A stretch of DNA of 64,000 nucleotides from Candidatus Helarchaeota archaeon (GCA_019058315.1 JAHPZH010000002.1:813810-877809), one strand, 5' to 3'; counted from the stretch's first letter, positions 26,279 to 38,164 are shown. Numbers and translations are program-made. Notes: generated by a model not told the origin, from the sequence alone.

Positions 26279-28099
26279 TTGAAAACTATTAGTAATTTAG
26301 AAAATAATCCCTTTCAAATCTTAGGGCAATCTTCTGAAAAAGTATCTTATGAAGATTATTCAATTACTTCAACTCATATTCCAATGAGAGATGGTGTGAA
26401 AATTGCTGCAACTATCTGTGTGCCTAATGGATTACCTTCCGGTGAAAAAATCCCTACTCTAATATCTCAAACCCGTTATATGAGAGCACATACTCTCAAT
26501 ATCCCATTTAGGTGGGTCTTTAATGAGGTGGTTTATGGATTACCTAAAACTGAAATTATTACAGGACATGGTTATGCTACTGTCTATATTGATGTTAGGG
26601 GAACGGGAGCTTCACTTGGAACAAGACCTTATCCCTTTTCCGCAAATGAAATTAAAGATGGAGCCGATATTGTTGATTGGATAATTAAACAACCATGGTC
26701 AAATGGAAAAGTTGTATCAAATGGTATTTCTTATTCTGGGTCGACAGCCGAATTACTTGCAGTAAATAATCACCCCGCTGTTAAAGCTGTTATGCCTGGA
26801 CACGCTTTTTTCGATCCTTATGCTGATGTTCTTTTTCCAGGTGGCTGTTTCTGCACGATGTTTGTACAGCTATGGTCAATTCTCGGACAGCTACTGGATC
26901 GAAATGATGTTTCCATGTTTAGACAAATCATGCCTGCCTTTTGGATGCTTCTCAAATCAGTTACACCAGTTGATTCTGACAAGGATTTAAGTCTTTTAAA
27001 CCAGGCAATTAAAGAACATCATTCAAATGCATATATTTATGATTTAACTAAAAAATACTCATTTCGAGACGATTCTTTACCCGATGGAACAACCCCTGAT
27101 CAGTTTAGTATTTTCTATCATAAAAAAGAAATTGAAAAACTAAATGTTCCCGTTTTAGCTTGGAGTTCTTGGCTTGATTCGGGATATGGGGATGCATCAA
27201 TTAATCGTTTCCTAAATATTGATAATCCGATGATTACTATCATGGGCGATTGGAATCATGGTGCTAGAACGACTGCAAATCCATTTTTCCCGTCAAAAAC
27301 GCAAGTTTCTCCCACACCGAAAGACAGACATACCGCTTGGGTCGGATTTTTCAATCAATGTTTAAAGGGTGGGGGAATAAAAGGAAAAACACTATATTAT
27401 TATACTATGGTTGAGGAAAAGTGGAAAAAAACAAGTGTTTGGCCACCTGAAGGGCATTCAATGCAAAGATGGTACCTCACAGATAATGGATTGTCTACTT
27501 CCATGCCCCAAGATAAAGTAGGTGAAGATAATTATAAGATTAATTTTCGAACGACAACTGGCAATTTAAATCGCTGGTATACTCTTCTGTCATTCCCTAT
27601 TTCGTATCCAGATAGAGCCAAGGAAGATAAAAAATTATTAACTTATACGAGTGCTCCTCTTAATGAAGATATTGAAATCACTGGCAATCCCATAATTAAT
27701 TTATATCTTGCCTCAACACATGAAGATGGGGCTGTTTTCGCATACTTGGAAGATGTGGATGAAAATGGTAATGTTATTTATCTTACAGATGGCCAATTCC
27801 GAGTTATCCATCGTAAAATCTCATCTGAAAAACCGCTTTACAAAATGATGATCCCATATCATTCATTCTTAAAAAAGGATGCTATGCCTCTCGTGCCAGG
27901 GGAAGTCGCAGAAATTAAATTTGGGCTTTATTCCACTTCAGTGCTTATTCGTAAAGGGCATTCAATTAGAATAGCTATAGCAGGAGCAGATAAAGATACA
28001 TTTTTACGATACCCTGCGAAGGGAAAACCGACAATTACTATTGCCAGAAATAGAAATTATCCCTCCTATATTGACCTCCCGGTCATTCGTAAGGTGTGA
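26279..28099 (+). CDS. CocE/NonD family serine hydrolase
   Basis: 'PMRDGVKIA', 'DVRGTGAS', 'QPWSNGKV', nucleophile 'GISYSG', 'GDWNH', PepX-like C-terminus. Confidence 0.9.
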   Translation: MKTISNLENNPFQILGQSSEKVSYEDYSITSTHIPMRDGVKIAATICVPNGLPSGEKIPTLISQTRYMRAHTLNIPFRWVFNEVVYGLPKTEIITGHGYATVYIDVRGTGASLGTRPYPFSANEIKDGADIVDWIIKQPWSNGKVVSNGISYSGSTAELLAVNNHPAVKAVMPGHAFFDPYADVLFPGGCFCTMFVQLWSILGQLLDRNDVSMFRQIMPAFWMLLKSVTPVDSDKDLSLLNQAIKEHHSNAYIYDLTKKYSFRDDSLPDGTTPDQFSIFYHKKEIEKLNVPVLAWSSWLDSGYGDASINRFLNIDNPMITIMGDWNHGARTTANPFFPSKTQVSPTPKDRHTAWVGFFNQCLKGGGIKGKTLYYYTMVEEKWKKTSVWPPEGHSMQRWYLTDNGLSTSMPQDKVGEDNYKINFRTTTGNLNRWYTLLSFPISYPDRAKEDKKLLTYTSAPLNEDIEITGNPIINLYLASTHEDGAVFAYLEDVDENGNVIYLTDGQFRVIHRKISSEKPLYKMMIPYHSFLKKDAMPLVPGEVAEIKFGLYSTSVLIRKGHSIRIAIAGADKDTFLRYPAKGKPTITIARNRNYPSYIDLPVIRKV

Positions 28100-28105
28100 A
28101 ATAAA

Positions 28106-28468
28106 ATGGAAGAATTACTACCCAATTTAAAAAATTTATTTAAATCAACTATTGAAATCAAAGTGGATGATGCTAATCTTACACTTTCTATGATTATAAA
28201 AAGCAAAGAAACTAGGGGCGGCTTTGCCACACCTAAAGAAATTAGGAATATGCTCCAGATATTTGGTGGATTGAAGGAAAAAATACCTATGGACATTGAA
28301 ATTAATGATAAAGCTAAAATAATAGATTTAAAATTTCAAAATAAAGCTGATTTGAAAAAAGTACAAACGGTAATGGATAGAATTTGGGATCATACTGTAG
28401 AAATTCTAGAAAGAGCTATAGCAGGGGATTTTGGGGTGCTTAAAGATATTGGGGAAATTGAGGAATAA
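28106..28468 (+). CDS. Hypothetical protein
   Basis: 120-aa ORF with SD-like GGTGTGA, within an operon. Confidence 0.65.
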   Translation: MEELLPNLKNLFKSTIEIKVDDANLTLSMIIKSKETRGGFATPKEIRNMLQIFGGLKEKIPMDIEINDKAKIIDLKFQNKADLKKVQTVMDRIWDHTVEILERAIAGDFGVLKDIGEIEE

Positions 28469-28513
28469 TAAGAAAAAATAATTCCTCCTTAATTCAAATG
28501 AATACTTTTTTAA

Positions 28514-29890
28514 GTGTTAAAATTGACAGAAACAGTAGATTATGGAGAAAATGAAAAAATTCCATTAAAGGTCAATATGATCTACGGTCTAGGTAATTTG
28601 GGAACAACATTATTTACTGGAATCTTTGATGGGGCTATTGTAAAATATTATACCGATAAGGTATTTCTTCAACCTATTTATATTGGAATTGCATTTCTTA
28701 TTTTTGCAATATGGAATGCACTTAACGATCCGATTTTCGGTCATATGTCTGATAAAACAAGGACAAAAATTGGTCGTAGAATCCCTTATTTAAGGGTTAT
28801 CAGTTTTGTTTTTGGGATATCTTTTGTCATTGTATGGTTTCCACCAATAGGAACTCAAATTGAAATTTTTATATATTTACTCATTACAATTTTTATCTTC
28901 GATACTTGCTTCACAATTTACGGGCTTTGTTATATTGCGTTAATGCCCGAAATGTCTCTTGATCCTAACGAAAGAACAAAATTATCCTTATATATGACGG
29001 TATTTGGTATGATTGGGGTGATAATTACTTTTCTTATACCATTTATGTTTTTAACACAAATAGGAGGAAAGGAAGAATTCCAATTTATTTGTATTATTAT
29101 TTCAATTGTAGGAACTATACTAATAATTCTAGCAGCCTTTACACTAAAAGAACGTGTTGGTTTCTACGATAAAGAAAAATCATTTGGACTTATAGAAAAT
29201 ACCAAATATTGTCTGAAAAATAAAGCTTTTATAACATTTGTATTATATAATTTCGGTTTAACCTTAATCTTCTCAAATCTCGTAACTTCAATCTTATATT
29301 ATACTCAATATGTCTTAAATTTAAAAGGTGAGGCAGTATTTATACCTCTTTTAATAGTAATTGGAGGATTTTTTACTACTTACTTTCTAACACCAAAACT
29401 TGATGAGAAATATGGTATTCGAAAATCCCTATTAATAACCGGAATATTGGGTATTTTTGGCTTTCTTCTATTATTGATTCCTGATTTGATATTGAGTAGT
29501 ATTGCAATTTCAATTATAGCGGCATCAATAGCAGTCTATGCCATATTAGGTAATCCGATGATTGCTGATATTTGCGATGACGATGAAATTAAAACTGGAT
29601 CGAGGAGAGAAGGTTCTTTTTTTGGTATAAACGCACTGGTAACCAAACCTGCAATCTCTCTAGGAGTTTTTATTATAACTTTAATGTTAAACTATAGTGA
29701 ATATTTTCCCCAATTAACTGAATATTTCCAATATCCTCAATCCGTTGGAGTAAAAATTGCAATCCAGATTACGATGGGGTTAATTTTTGCTGTTGTATTC
29801 GGTCTAAGTTTAATTAGTCTCTATTTTTATCCAATCCATGGTGAATATTACACCCGATTAAAAGAAGAAATAAAAAAAAGACACTTATGA
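28514..29890 (+). CDS. GPH-family (MelB-like) MFS glycoside:cation symporter
   Basis: 'NDPIFGHMSDKTRTKIGRRIPY', 'ADICDDDEIKTGSRREGSFFG'. Confidence 0.9.
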   Translation: MLKLTETVDYGENEKIPLKVNMIYGLGNLGTTLFTGIFDGAIVKYYTDKVFLQPIYIGIAFLIFAIWNALNDPIFGHMSDKTRTKIGRRIPYLRVISFVFGISFVIVWFPPIGTQIEIFIYLLITIFIFDTCFTIYGLCYIALMPEMSLDPNERTKLSLYMTVFGMIGVIITFLIPFMFLTQIGGKEEFQFICIIISIVGTILIILAAFTLKERVGFYDKEKSFGLIENTKYCLKNKAFITFVLYNFGLTLIFSNLVTSILYYTQYVLNLKGEAVFIPLLIVIGGFFTTYFLTPKLDEKYGIRKSLLITGILGIFGFLLLLIPDLILSSIAISIIAASIAVYAILGNPMIADICDDDEIKTGSRREGSFFGINALVTKPAISLGVFIITLMLNYSEYFPQLTEYFQYPQSVGVKIAIQITMGLIFAVVFGLSLISLYFYPIHGEYYTRLKEEIKKRHL

Positions 29891-29922
29891 TATATCTTAT
29901 TATCAATTATTACTTTATTTAC

Positions 29923-32103
29923 CTATTTTTCTAATAAATCTGCAACATTAAAATTGCCCTGTTCATTAGCATAATCTAAGGCAGTTTTACCGCTATTATC
30001 TTTAATTTTTGGGTTTGCACCTTTTTTTAATAATAATTGTACAACTAGAAGCCAGCCTCCATATGATGCCAATATCAGAGGAGTTGCACCTTTTTCTTTT
30101 TCTTTTGCGTTTACATCATCACCAAATTCAATACATATTTTAGCAACTTCTATATGTCCTTCTAGAGAAGCTTGCATCAACGCAGTCCAATCCAAATTAT
30201 TCTTTATTTTTATTAGATTCTTATTTTTCTCCAAAAGATATTTTACAACAGGAGCATGTCCACTCCAAGCTGCTTGCAATAATGCCGAATTTCCCCTGGA
30301 ATCCTTTAAATTGCTATCTGCACCTTTTTCTAAAAGAAATTTTACAACATCAAGATGTCCATAATACGCAGCTTTCATCAAGGCGGTATTATCATCATCT
30401 TCCCTTTTATTTATATCTTCACCCTTTTTTAATGCAGCTTTAACAGCATCTAGATCTCCATTCCCAGCGGCTTCGGTAAGTTCCTTACTTTCTCCAATTG
30501 TTTTTTTTACTTCGACATATTTTGGTGCACCTTTCAACATTTCTATGATTTCAGGAGGTCTATGAATTTGAACTGCCATCCAAACATCTTCAGTTACGTG
30601 TGCTCCATTATCAAGGAGAACTCTAACAACATCTCTATAGCGTCCACCACAAGCAGGAACAAGTGCAGTAGAATCAATAGTATCTTTAGCATTCACATCA
30701 GCTCCTTGATCAATAAGCAATTGTACAATATTGGCATGTCCATTACGAGCTGCTATAATTATCGGTCTATTTTCTGCAGTACCATTGACATCAGCTCCAT
30801 TCTCAATCGCAATTTTAACTCTATTTATGTCACCACTCCATAATGCATCATTCAATTCCCTATTAGCTTTTTCAGCTTGTTCTTTAGTTATTTTCTTTTT
30901 CTTAATAATCTTTGGAATTGGTTCGCTAGGAGGTTTTAATAACTCCTCAATGTCAACGAAGCGTTTTAACCTAGCATAGTCATAGGCAGTTCTTAAACCA
31001 AGGCTATGAAGTTCTGTATTGGCACCTCTTTCCAATAATAATTTCACAGTTTCTAAGTGTCCTTGATCTGCTGCAACCATCAATGCAGTTAATCCATTTG
31101 CAGTGGATTTTTCATCAATTTTTGCTCCTTCATCAAGAAGCAATCTTACAACTTCAAGATGTCCTTCACTAGATGCCCTCATTAATGCATTTTCCCCATG
31201 TTGATTAACAGCATTAATATCAGCTCCTTTTTCTAATAATAATTTTACAGAATCAACGTCTCCCTTCTCTGCACGATAAATTATTGCAGTAAAACCATGA
31301 TCATTCTTAAAGTCAGGATCAGCTCCTTTGTCTAAAAGTAATTTTATAATCTTAGAGTTGCCCATAATACTACCAGCAATTAATGCATTTGCTCCGATTT
31401 GTTTTTCAACAATGTCAATATCTGCTCCATTATCCAATAATATTTCTACAACTTCAGTTTGCCCTGCACCGGCAGCGTCCATTAATGCAGTTGTACCAGT
31501 GTTTGTTACCGCATTAACATCTGCCCCCTTATCAATAAGAAGTTGTGTAAGTTTCACATGTCCATTTTTTGCTGCAAACATTAAAGGAGTCCAATTCGAA
31601 TTACTTTTACTATTAACATCTGCTCCTTTATCCAATAATGAATTTATAATCTCAGTAAATCCTCCCTCACTAGCAATCATTAAAGCATTCCAACCTCCCG
31701 TTTTTTCCTTATGATTAACATTAGCATTATGTTCTATAAGTAATTTAACAATATCTGTATGTCCAAATTTTGAAGCATTTAATAATGAAGTCCTTCCTGT
31801 GTCATGGGTTTTTGCATCAACATCGGCCCCTTTTTAAGGAAGCGTTTTTATAATTTCAAAATGACCCTTCTGAGAAGCAATTAATAGTGAAGTCCATCCA
31901 GCATTATCTGCAGAATTAACATCTGCCCCGTTCTCAAGAAGGATTTTTACAACCTCAAGATGTCCATTTTCAGAAGCCCATATTAATGGAGTTCCACCAT
32001 CTTTGTCCTTAACATTAACGTCTTCACCTTGCTTCAGTGCATCTAAAACTTCCTTTACATCTCCCTTTATGGAAGATTCAATAAGTTTATTTTCAGCTGA
32101 CAT
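29923..32103 (-). pseudogene. Ankyrin-repeat protein (about 726 aa) interrupted by one in-frame TAA at 31834-31836
   Basis: ORFs 31834-32103 and 29923-31680 share a frame; the intervening 51 codons read KGADVDAKTHDTGRTSLLNASKFGHTDIVKLLIEHNANVN... (ankyrin consensus). Confidence 0.8.
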
Positions 32104-32196
32104 AGTATAATTCTTAAGTAGGATGATTTAAAAATATGATGATTAAGTTTTTAGTTAAAACTAATCGAGTTCGGAAATAATGGAAGATAAAATAAA

Positions 32197-33390
32197 ATGA
32201 AAGTTCGTAAATTAGCAGAAAAAGATCGGACTACCTTCAAAAAACTTGTTCGATATGCATTTTCACCTATAGAAAATAATTATGAGAAACTAGAAGAACC
32301 TAGCGATGAAATTCCCATTGATCTTTTTTATGGTGTTTTCGATAATGAAAAACTCATGTCTGGATGCTTAGTAATTCCATATAAGATAAAATTACGTGGT
32401 AAAACTATTAAAATGGGTGGAATTTCTGAAGTAGCAACAAAACCCGAATATCGTAATCGTGATGCAGTAAAAAATATGCTCTCCCAAATTTTTCAAGATT
32501 TATATGAAAAAGGAGTTCCAGTATCGGTCCTATACCCATTTAAAGTGTCTTTCTATGAAAAATTGGGGTATTATGTTGCTGAAGAACAAGTTTTATATCA
32601 TTTTAAAATTACTAGCATTAAACCAAAGAAGACAAAGTATTACATGAAAGAAGTTGAGGATAATTTTGAAGATCTTAAAAAAATATATAATGAAATAACA
32701 AATTTCTATGATTATATAGCATTAAGAGAAGAGTATCATTGGAAAGAAATACTTAAAAAATACTATAAATTTGTTTGCTATAATGAAAATAAACCGGTTG
32801 GTTATCTTATCATCCAATTTCCGAAAAGTGATACGCAATGGTGGAAAGAATTAACCAACATTGAGGAAACTATTTACATAAGAGAAGCATTTTGGCTTGA
32901 TAAAAATGCTAAACAGACAATTTTTAACTTTCTATGGAGTCACAGAGATCACCGCAACTATGTTGCAGGAGCTTTCTCGGTAGATGAAAACATTATAGAT
33001 ATGCTAGACAACCCCCGGATTTTAAAACGGGAGACATATGTAAATTCCTTGCTTCGAATAGTCGATGTAAAAAAAGTACTAGAAAATCTAGAATATCCAA
33101 TCAATAATTTCAATATATCAATACGAATTCATGATAAGCAATGTCCATGGAATCATGGTGATTTTCAACTTGATTTAAAAAATGGTGCAATCAGTGTTAA
33201 GTTCCAAGAAAATAAAGGTGGCTCTGTTGACTTAGAAATAAATATTGGTCACTTTGCCCAATTAGTCGTAGGTTTCAGAACAATCAAAGACCTATTAGAA
33301 TTTGACTTTGTAACTATTAACAATGATAAAAAAGAATTACTTCAAAAAATCTTTCCTAAAGCGAATAATTATTTCAGGGACTTTTTTTAA
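32197..33390 (+). CDS. Eis-like GNAT acetyltransferase with C-terminal SCP2-like domain
   Basis: 'GGISEVATKPEYRNR', 'SVLYPF..SFYEKLGY', 'RIVDVKKVL', 'CPWNHG'. Confidence 0.88.
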   Translation: MKVRKLAEKDRTTFKKLVRYAFSPIENNYEKLEEPSDEIPIDLFYGVFDNEKLMSGCLVIPYKIKLRGKTIKMGGISEVATKPEYRNRDAVKNMLSQIFQDLYEKGVPVSVLYPFKVSFYEKLGYYVAEEQVLYHFKITSIKPKKTKYYMKEVEDNFEDLKKIYNEITNFYDYIALREEYHWKEILKKYYKFVCYNENKPVGYLIIQFPKSDTQWWKELTNIEETIYIREAFWLDKNAKQTIFNFLWSHRDHRNYVAGAFSVDENIIDMLDNPRILKRETYVNSLLRIVDVKKVLENLEYPINNFNISIRIHDKQCPWNHGDFQLDLKNGAISVKFQENKGGSVDLEINIGHFAQLVVGFRTIKDLLEFDFVTINNDKKELLQKIFPKANNYFRDFF

Positions 33391-33452
33391 TCTTAAAAAA
33401 AATTAATGTCGAATTTCGCCATATACATTCTTTAATTAGAATCTTCATCTAA

Positions 33453-34736
33453 ATGCTTATGACGGAAAAATCAAGTAAATCAAAGGATAAAAAGAGGGAT
33501 AAACTTAGTTCTTTTCAAATAATAACGGATCAACGTAATATTAAATTTCAAAATCCACGAAAAGATGTCCATACCGCCGAAATGATCATTTCTGGTTGTG
33601 GTTGGATCGATACAAATGATGGAGTTGTATTGATCGATACTTTAATGAGCGAAAATGCCGCTAGAATGGTATATAAGAAAATTCACGAAATAAGCGGTAA
33701 AATCAAATATGTAATTTACACACACGGCCATGTGGATCATATTAGTGGATGCAAAGTTTTCATGGATGATAATCCTGAAGTCATAGCTAATAAATATGTG
33801 TCTGAAAGGCTAGATGGCTACAAAATGCTAGCTCAACATAGAAACCGGATTTCGGCACAACAGTTCAATTTACCAGAATCAAATATGGAAAAAATGGCAG
33901 AAGAAATTTCTTCTAATTGGGTTTATCCAACTAAGACTTTTATAGGTGAGATGACTTTCTCTCTTGGTGAAAAAACCTTTGAGCTTCACTCTGCTCGCGC
34001 TGAAACTGATGATGCATGCTGGATTTGGGTACCCGAGATTAAAACGGCGATTGTAGGAGATTTAATATCTGGAGTTTTTCCAAACATAGGCAACCCATGG
34101 AAGCCCACTCGTTTTGCTTTGCCTTGGATTAAAGCCTTAGAGGAGGTTAGGGCTAAAGAACCAGAGCTCCTTCTAGCTAAAGGAGCAGGAATCGCCTGTC
34201 AAGGAGATGATGTTATGGCTATTTTAAATGCAAATATCGAAGCCATACGTAGTCTGCATGACCAAGTTGTTGATTGCATTAATAAGGACATGCATATTAC
34301 AGAAATGATCCACGCTGTTAAACTTCCAGATCATCTCAAAGATAACCCATATCTTATGTCCTTGTATTCTAAACCCGAATTTTTCGTTTATAATGTTTAC
34401 AGATGGTATCATGGTTATTTTGATCACAATCCTGCTCACCTTCTACCTAGACCCGAAAAAGAAGTTAACACCGAGCTCTTTAATCTAATTAAGGATCCAA
34501 ATAAAATTCTGGACAGAGCTAGAGAACTTTTAAAGCAAAAACAAGCTCAACTTGCTCTTGAAATACTTGATGTGTTGATTCAAGCTGATCCAGAAAATAT
34601 AGAAGCAATTAAACTACGTATTAAAATCCTTAAAAAATTGGGGTCACGAGATTATTGCCTCATGTCACGTAATGCTTGGGTTTATTTCATCAATAAAGAC
34701 AAGGAATTTCTTCAATCAAGGGAACAAAGCATATAA
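33453..34736 (+). CDS. MBL-fold metallohydrolase, alkyl-sulfatase-like
   Basis: 'THGHVDH', 'AETDD', 'FPNIGNP', 'YHGYFDHNPAHL' dimerisation region. Confidence 0.85.
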   Translation: MLMTEKSSKSKDKKRDKLSSFQIITDQRNIKFQNPRKDVHTAEMIISGCGWIDTNDGVVLIDTLMSENAARMVYKKIHEISGKIKYVIYTHGHVDHISGCKVFMDDNPEVIANKYVSERLDGYKMLAQHRNRISAQQFNLPESNMEKMAEEISSNWVYPTKTFIGEMTFSLGEKTFELHSARAETDDACWIWVPEIKTAIVGDLISGVFPNIGNPWKPTRFALPWIKALEEVRAKEPELLLAKGAGIACQGDDVMAILNANIEAIRSLHDQVVDCINKDMHITEMIHAVKLPDHLKDNPYLMSLYSKPEFFVYNVYRWYHGYFDHNPAHLLPRPEKEVNTELFNLIKDPNKILDRARELLKQKQAQLALEILDVLIQADPENIEAIKLRIKILKKLGSRDYCLMSRNAWVYFINKDKEFLQSREQSI

Positions 34737-34740
34737 ATTT

Positions 34741-35196
34741 TTAGCCTTCATTAAAAACCAATTCATTACTAATTGGTTTTAATGGTTGTTTTTCAGCTAT
34801 ATTGCTGGCACACAACACTAGTCCGAATTTTCCTTCTTGAATGAGCTGTTTTTCATACGAAATTGGGAGTTTGGAGAAATCTAGAATAGATGTTAATTCA
34901 TCACCCTTTTTTAATTCAACAGTTTTACTTGGAGGATAAGTATTACTTGTTTTGAATTTTAAATTGGATGTGTCATAAGTATCGCTATCAGATTTGCTTA
35001 CTAGCACAAATTTGCCATTCCATAGCACATGCCCAAAATCATCGTCCCAGCTTATTCTGATTGGGTTATCACCTATATATTTGATATGGACCTTAATTGT
35101 CGGAAATTTATCAACCCTGACAGATTTAGAATCTGTAGAAATGTTACATTCGATATTGCCAAAGAATTCTGCATAATCTGTTTCGTTTAGAGTCAT
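34741..35196 (-). CDS. Hypothetical protein (possible Ig-like beta sandwich)
   Basis: 151-aa ORF; beta-strand pattern ending 'ISNELVF'. Confidence 0.55.
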   Translation of the reverse strand: MTLNETDYAEFFGNIECNISTDSKSVRVDKFPTIKVHIKYIGDNPIRISWDDDFGHVLWNGKFVLVSKSDSDTYDTSNLKFKTSNTYPPSKTVELKKGDELTSILDFSKLPISYEKQLIQEGKFGLVLCASNIAEKQPLKPISNELVFNEG

Positions 35197-35296
35197 AAAA
35201 AAAACCTTTTTTTTATTATGCTTTATAGGTTTTTCTTATATTTTTAAGCTTTTATTATTAGCATTAACAAGATCAATTATTTAGCCAAAAATTTTC

Positions 35297-36514
35297 TTAG
35301 ATTTCCTTATTAAATCCATATAATAATCTATTTTTCCCCATATCTTTCTCTCTATTTTTTAACTTCTGTTCATTTTGCTTTTTCCATTGCTCAATCTCGT
35401 TCCAATTTATCTTTTTTACTTCGTTAGGCAAGATTTTTTTTAATCTCTCGATGATAGATTGAATATAATCAATTGAGAATTTATGATTTCCTTTAAAAGA
35501 ATCAACTAATTCCTTATAATATCTCGAATAGCCATTAATTATGAAAGAATGTATTAATTTTTTAATTATTTTTTCTAAAAAACCTTCCTTACTGAAAATG
35601 AGCTTTTGGATTCCAAATTCTCGAATACCAATTGCAGAAATTTGACTATTGATTTGATTAAGAAGATTATTATCTATTAAATGTGACTCCGAGCACATTA
35701 TGGCACAACGATTACATAAATAGCATTCTCCTTTATTAGAATCACGAAAAGCTTCCTGTGTAGGACATATTTTTTCACATAATCCACAACTGATACAGTT
35801 AGATGTTCTTCTGAATTTAATCAAGCTAAATTTGCTAACCTCACATGCTAATGCGCCAAATGGACAAAAATATCGACAAAATGGACGATATACAAAAAAA
35901 CTAGTGATGAAAATACCAATCATAAATATCCCAGCAAATATAAGCATTATATTTGTCGTGTAATTAAAAAATTGAAACCCATTAAATGGATTTAGAAATA
36001 CAGTAGCCTGAAAACCCCAAATGATTGTAAGCATCAAATAAAGAATAAAAAATCCCCAACGAATATAATTTTTTCTCTTTTTTCCTTTGCGATAATTCTC
36101 GAAATTCGTCTTAAAGCGAACCATAGAAGCTAATTCTTGCAAAATACCCATTGGACATATAAATCCACAAAATATTCTACTGAAGACTAAAGTAAGGCCG
36201 AGAAATATCAAAAACATCATTAGAGGCAATAAAGGGTTCTGATTAGAGATAAGTGAGGAAAAGAATAACTGCATTGCTTGAAATACATTCGGAACTCCAC
36301 CAAATAAAATTCCATTATAAAGAAGAACTGAAATTAGCAAAATAACTTTAATTCTATTAGTTAAACGGTTTTTTCGAATTAAAAATGCAGTAAATACCCC
36401 GATCGAGATTAAAATGACAAATGTTAAAACCATAAAAATTCTTTCTGCAACATATGGAAAACCTATCTGTAAATTTTGACCAGTTATCTCTGATAAAAGT
36501 GTTCTTAAATCCAT
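35297..36514 (-). CDS. Membrane 4Fe-4S-binding protein (NapH/YccM-like)
   Basis: 'FCGFICPMG', 'FCRYFCPFG', CxxCxxCxxxCP and CxxCxxCxxxC motifs. Confidence 0.88.
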   Translation of the reverse strand: MDLRTLLSEITGQNLQIGFPYVAERIFMVLTFVILISIGVFTAFLIRKNRLTNRIKVILLISVLLYNGILFGGVPNVFQAMQLFFSSLISNQNPLLPLMMFLIFLGLTLVFSRIFCGFICPMGILQELASMVRFKTNFENYRKGKKRKNYIRWGFFILYLMLTIIWGFQATVFLNPFNGFQFFNYTTNIMLIFAGIFMIGIFITSFFVYRPFCRYFCPFGALACEVSKFSLIKFRRTSNCISCGLCEKICPTQEAFRDSNKGECYLCNRCAIMCSESHLIDNNLLNQINSQISAIGIREFGIQKLIFSKEGFLEKIIKKLIHSFIINGYSRYYKELVDSFKGNHKFSIDYIQSIIERLKKILPNEVKKINWNEIEQWKKQNEQKLKNREKDMGKNRLLYGFNKEI

Positions 36515-36824
36515 ATTTTATCATGCAATTTATTTCTTCTACGCTCTAACTAATAACACTTTAATCTTAAGAAAAAACATTTATAAGTATTTTATAATTA
36601 GGTCCCCAATCACATGATCAGTCAAATTGAAAAGATTAAAAGCAATAATGACCAAGAAGACATCCTATCGATATAATATATTTTATAACTTATCCTAATT
36701 TCTAATTTATTTAAATAAGAGAGATTTACTAAACATTCACAACCTAAAAATATATATAAAATTAAGAAGTATTTTTGGTAAGAAATTAAAATAATAAATT
36801 TTTAATTGAGGCTGGTTAAATAAA

Positions 36825-37235
36825 ATGAGTAAAAAAATGAAAAAATACTCCGAAATTTTCAACAAAATCATTAATAAAATAGCTTTACTTAAGGATAAGT
36901 ATCCTCATTTTTCAGAAATTGAACCGATCAAAGATAAAATATCCAAAAGTTCAGATCCATTCGAGATTAGTTTTCTATATTCACACAATATGGATAACGT
37001 CAATAATCCAAGGTGGAAACAAGGATTGAAGATCCCTAAAAAGATATTAGCCCCGACTTCAGATGATGGCATCTATATTTGGATTCGGTTCATGGAAAAA
37101 GAAAATTATATGGGTCAGCGGGTATTGCCACCAAATTATATCGGAGATGTACAAGTCACTGTAGATATATTAGGTGGTAATCCTGAAATAAAGAAAAAAA
37201 TTAAGAGTATAATTAAAAGTGAGAATCTAACTTGA
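36825..37235 (+). CDS. Hypothetical protein
   Basis: 136-aa ORF with upstream GAGG. Confidence 0.6.
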   Translation: MSKKMKKYSEIFNKIINKIALLKDKYPHFSEIEPIKDKISKSSDPFEISFLYSHNMDNVNNPRWKQGLKIPKKILAPTSDDGIYIWIRFMEKENYMGQRVLPPNYIGDVQVTVDILGGNPEIKKKIKSIIKSENLT

Positions 37236-37254
37236 AAAATAGGGTGACTATAAA

Positions 37255-37995
37255 ATGCGTCGAATTCAAATTTCTAAAAGGCTTTTTTTTGAATACTTCA
37301 TTAAAGGCGAATTTAAAGAGTTTAATGTAACTGTTCCATTATATAATAAATATTTTAGCGAGCTGGATAGAATAGATCTAAAAGGGGATATGATTGAGGA
37401 TAAATTTGGTAATGTGTCAATAAAATTCGATATGAAAACACCTAAAAGAACGTTTATAAAATATTTTTGTGATGTTCAAACTAAAAAACTCCCAGATTCA
37501 GTATTCGTTCCTGCTAAAGAGATAGTTGATGTATTTGAAGCACCAGAGCATCTAAAAATCGACAATATTTCCCAGAAAGCTTTAAAATCTGTAAAAGAAA
37601 TTGGTGAGTTGAAATCCTATCTTCGAGACAATTTTAAATTTGAGAAGTGCGAATATGCCGCTAAATCAGTTGCGCTATTTGCTGAAAAAAAAGGAATAAA
37701 AGTAGCAGCAGCGAGCGGATTCCTCGATAATCATAAGGATGCTAAGGAAATTGCCTCCATAAAAGATCACAATAAAAAATTCAACTTTCAAAATCATCTT
37801 AAACACTATTGGGCTCTTTTAAAAACTCCCAAAGGTATCGAAGTCTGCGATCCGAAGGTTTTTGCTGAAGATGAACATAGATTTGTGGACCAATTGAATA
37901 CAAATAACCCTATGACAGTGAATTGGGAAATTGAAGGAGAAAAAGAAACTGCAGAGATTAATTCCCATATATATACCGTAGTTATTTGGCGGTAA
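37255..37995 (+). CDS. Transglutaminase-like (Cys-His-Asp) protein
   Basis: 'KCEYAA...ALF', 'ASGFL', 'HYWA', 'VCDP'. Confidence 0.65.
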   Translation: MRRIQISKRLFFEYFIKGEFKEFNVTVPLYNKYFSELDRIDLKGDMIEDKFGNVSIKFDMKTPKRTFIKYFCDVQTKKLPDSVFVPAKEIVDVFEAPEHLKIDNISQKALKSVKEIGELKSYLRDNFKFEKCEYAAKSVALFAEKKGIKVAAASGFLDNHKDAKEIASIKDHNKKFNFQNHLKHYWALLKTPKGIEVCDPKVFAEDEHRFVDQLNTNNPMTVNWEIEGEKETAEINSHIYTVVIWR

Positions 37996-38143
37996 TGAAT
38001 AATATCAATAAATAATATGCTAAGTTAATAAAAATGGTACATTAAAATAAAAAATTTAAATTTCTTTTTACTTTTTAATCAAAAATTAGGATATAAGACT
38101 TCTTTTATTGAACAGATTTAAAAAATATAATAATCTAGATTAC

Positions 38144-38164
38144 TAATGTATCATTGATACATTA
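38144..38164. promoter_or_regulatory. Palindromic operator-like site TAATGTATCA-T-TGATACATTA
   Basis: Perfect 10-1-10 inverted repeat about 90 bp upstream of the roadblock gene; core recurs elsewhere. Confidence 0.7.
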
